From contig JBAZNJ010000002.1 in the NCBI GenBank assembly GCA_041649315.1, forward strand, positions 128,851 to 192,850: a DNA stretch of 64,000 bases. The letters are read 5' to 3'. Of the stretch, positions 63,252 through 64,000 are shown in pieces. This stretch comes from Patescibacteria group bacterium (GTDB lineage Bacteria > Patescibacteriota > Patescibacteriia > Patescibacteriales > UBA12465). Each line of letters starts with the position of its first letter. Within the stretch, counting starts at the first letter, position 1. Below the pieces are notes generated by a model. It was not told where the DNA came from. It was given only the letters and a program-made list of their open reading frames with translations, and searched no databases. The position numbers and the translations under genes were made by a program.

Positions 63252-63277
63252 AATTATGGACGGAAAAAACGAAAAAT
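63252..63277 (+). repeat. 26-bp direct repeat copy 2
   Basis: Exact copy of 62437-62462, located in the non-coding DNA just upstream of the next gene. Confidence 0.9.
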
Positions 63278-63313
63278 GCTATAATTAATTCATAAAATAA
63301 TAATTTAAAAACT

Positions 63314-64000
63314 ATGAAAAAAATCCATGTTTTTCTAGTGACGCTCGGCGTCCTGGCGGTGAGCGCCATTGTCATCGTCGCCTTGGTGATGGCGAATCGC
63401 GTCAATAACCAGGATCGTTTCTCGGTTACCGGCTCCGGCACGATTTACGCTAAAGCCGATATTGCTAATTTACAGGTCGGTCTGAAAACTGATACTAAAA
63501 AAACCGCGGCCGAAGCCACTAAAGACGGATCAGATAAAATGAATGAAGTGATTAAAGCAATCATAGATTTAGGCGTTGAAGAAAAAGATATTAAAACCAG
63601 TGGCTATTCCTTGAATCCAGTTTATAACTGGACTAACGACCGCGGCCAGGAATTAATTGGTTATGAAGTGAGCCAAAACGTCTCTTTGAAAATTCGTGAT
63701 TTAGAGAAGATCGGCGAAATAATCGCCAAGACAACGGAAAAAGGCGCTAATCAGATTGGCGGCATAAATTTTACGATTGACGATGAATACGAATTAAGAA
63801 ACCAGGCGCGCGAATTGGCGATTGAAAAAGCCAAAGAAAAAGCCGGCTTAATTGCCGGACAATCCGGAATGAAACTTGGTAAAATAAAGAGCGTTTATGA
63901 AAATTATGATTCTCCTCAACCGGTTTATTATTCTAACGCGAAAATGGAGGCAGTTGGTATGGGCGGCAGCGATATGGCTATTACTTCTCCGGAAATTCAA
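63314..64000 (+). CDS. SIMPL-domain (DUF541) secreted protein, 3' end outside window
   Basis: My own translation from the ATG at 63314 stays open to the window edge (229 codons). The ORF is not in the track because no stop codon is reached. Motifs: an N-terminal anchor, FSVTGSGTIYAKADIANLQVGL, GYEVSQNVSLKIRDL and RNQARELAIEKAKEKA. Confidence 0.75.
   Translation, partial: MKKIHVFLVTLGVLAVSAIVIVALVMANRVNNQDRFSVTGSGTIYAKADIANLQVGLKTDTKKTAAEATKDGSDKMNEVIKAIIDLGVEEKDIKTSGYSLNPVYNWTNDRGQELIGYEVSQNVSLKIRDLEKIGEIIAKTTEKGANQIGGINFTIDDEYELRNQARELAIEKAKEKAGLIAGQSGMKLGKIKSVYENYDSPQPVYYSNAKMEAVGMGGSDMAITSPEIQ

Noticed and set aside
1-64000. Alternative genetic code (UGA recoding, as in some CPR lineages).
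   Set aside because: TGA is used as a genuine stop (e.g. 24020-24022 in the ATGA gene overlap). All conserved proteins translate full-length under the standard code.

Overview
This 64-kb chromosomal segment is gene-dense and mostly on the + strand. Its content suggests a reduced-genome bacterium of the Candidate Phyla Radiation / Patescibacteria (Parcubacteria-like) type. That placement is an inference from several traits: streamlined housekeeping genes with Lys-rich tails, giant secreted repeat proteins, lamin-tail/LamG surface proteins, DUF5667 next to a sigma factor, and SD-less starts. The genetic code appears standard, since TGA is used as a stop (e.g. 24020-24022) and conserved proteins are intact. 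Recognisable core genes are HU, an ECF-type sigma factor, RNase P RNA, mnmA, parA, parB, dnaE, class I FBA, a SEDS protein (FtsW/RodA), rplY, prmC, prfA, rpmE, greA, lysS and uvrB-uvrA-uvrC, plus tRNA-Leu(CAA) and tRNA-Gln(CTG). Two glycan-assembly loci are present: 21.4-25.2 kb (priming phosphotransferase plus 2 GT4) and 44.1-49.7 kb (flippase, GT4, GT2, DUF192, Wzy/O-antigen-ligase-like). A third ligase-like/TPR protein lies at 13.4-15.7 kb. Two very large secreted proteins are also encoded: a 1223-aa S-layer-like protein, and a 1352-aa protein combining a C92-amidase, two lamin-tail domains and two LamG domains. I saw no rRNA, CRISPR array, transposase, integrase or reverse transcriptase. 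Small AT-rich accessory islets interrupt the core. These are a 153-aa orphan (12.6 kb), a 701-aa gene wedged between parA and parB, an AbiEii-like pair, an HTH-Fic gene next to tRNA-Gln, a two-small-ORF cassette (55.5 kb), and an NYN-domain cassette bracketed by 26-bp direct repeats. The candidates I consider most worth following up are: (i) a double ATP-grasp ligase, a SET-domain methyltransferase and HU in a row; (ii) the parA-X-parB arrangement; (iii) the NYN cassette that duplicates the uvrC 3' end; (iv) a structured GC-rich non-coding region between the sigma/DUF5667 pair and the S-layer-like gene; (v) a co-ordinately domain-reduced UvrABC set with a 610-bp ORF-free spacer. All functional calls come from motif recognition by eye. 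No database search was run.
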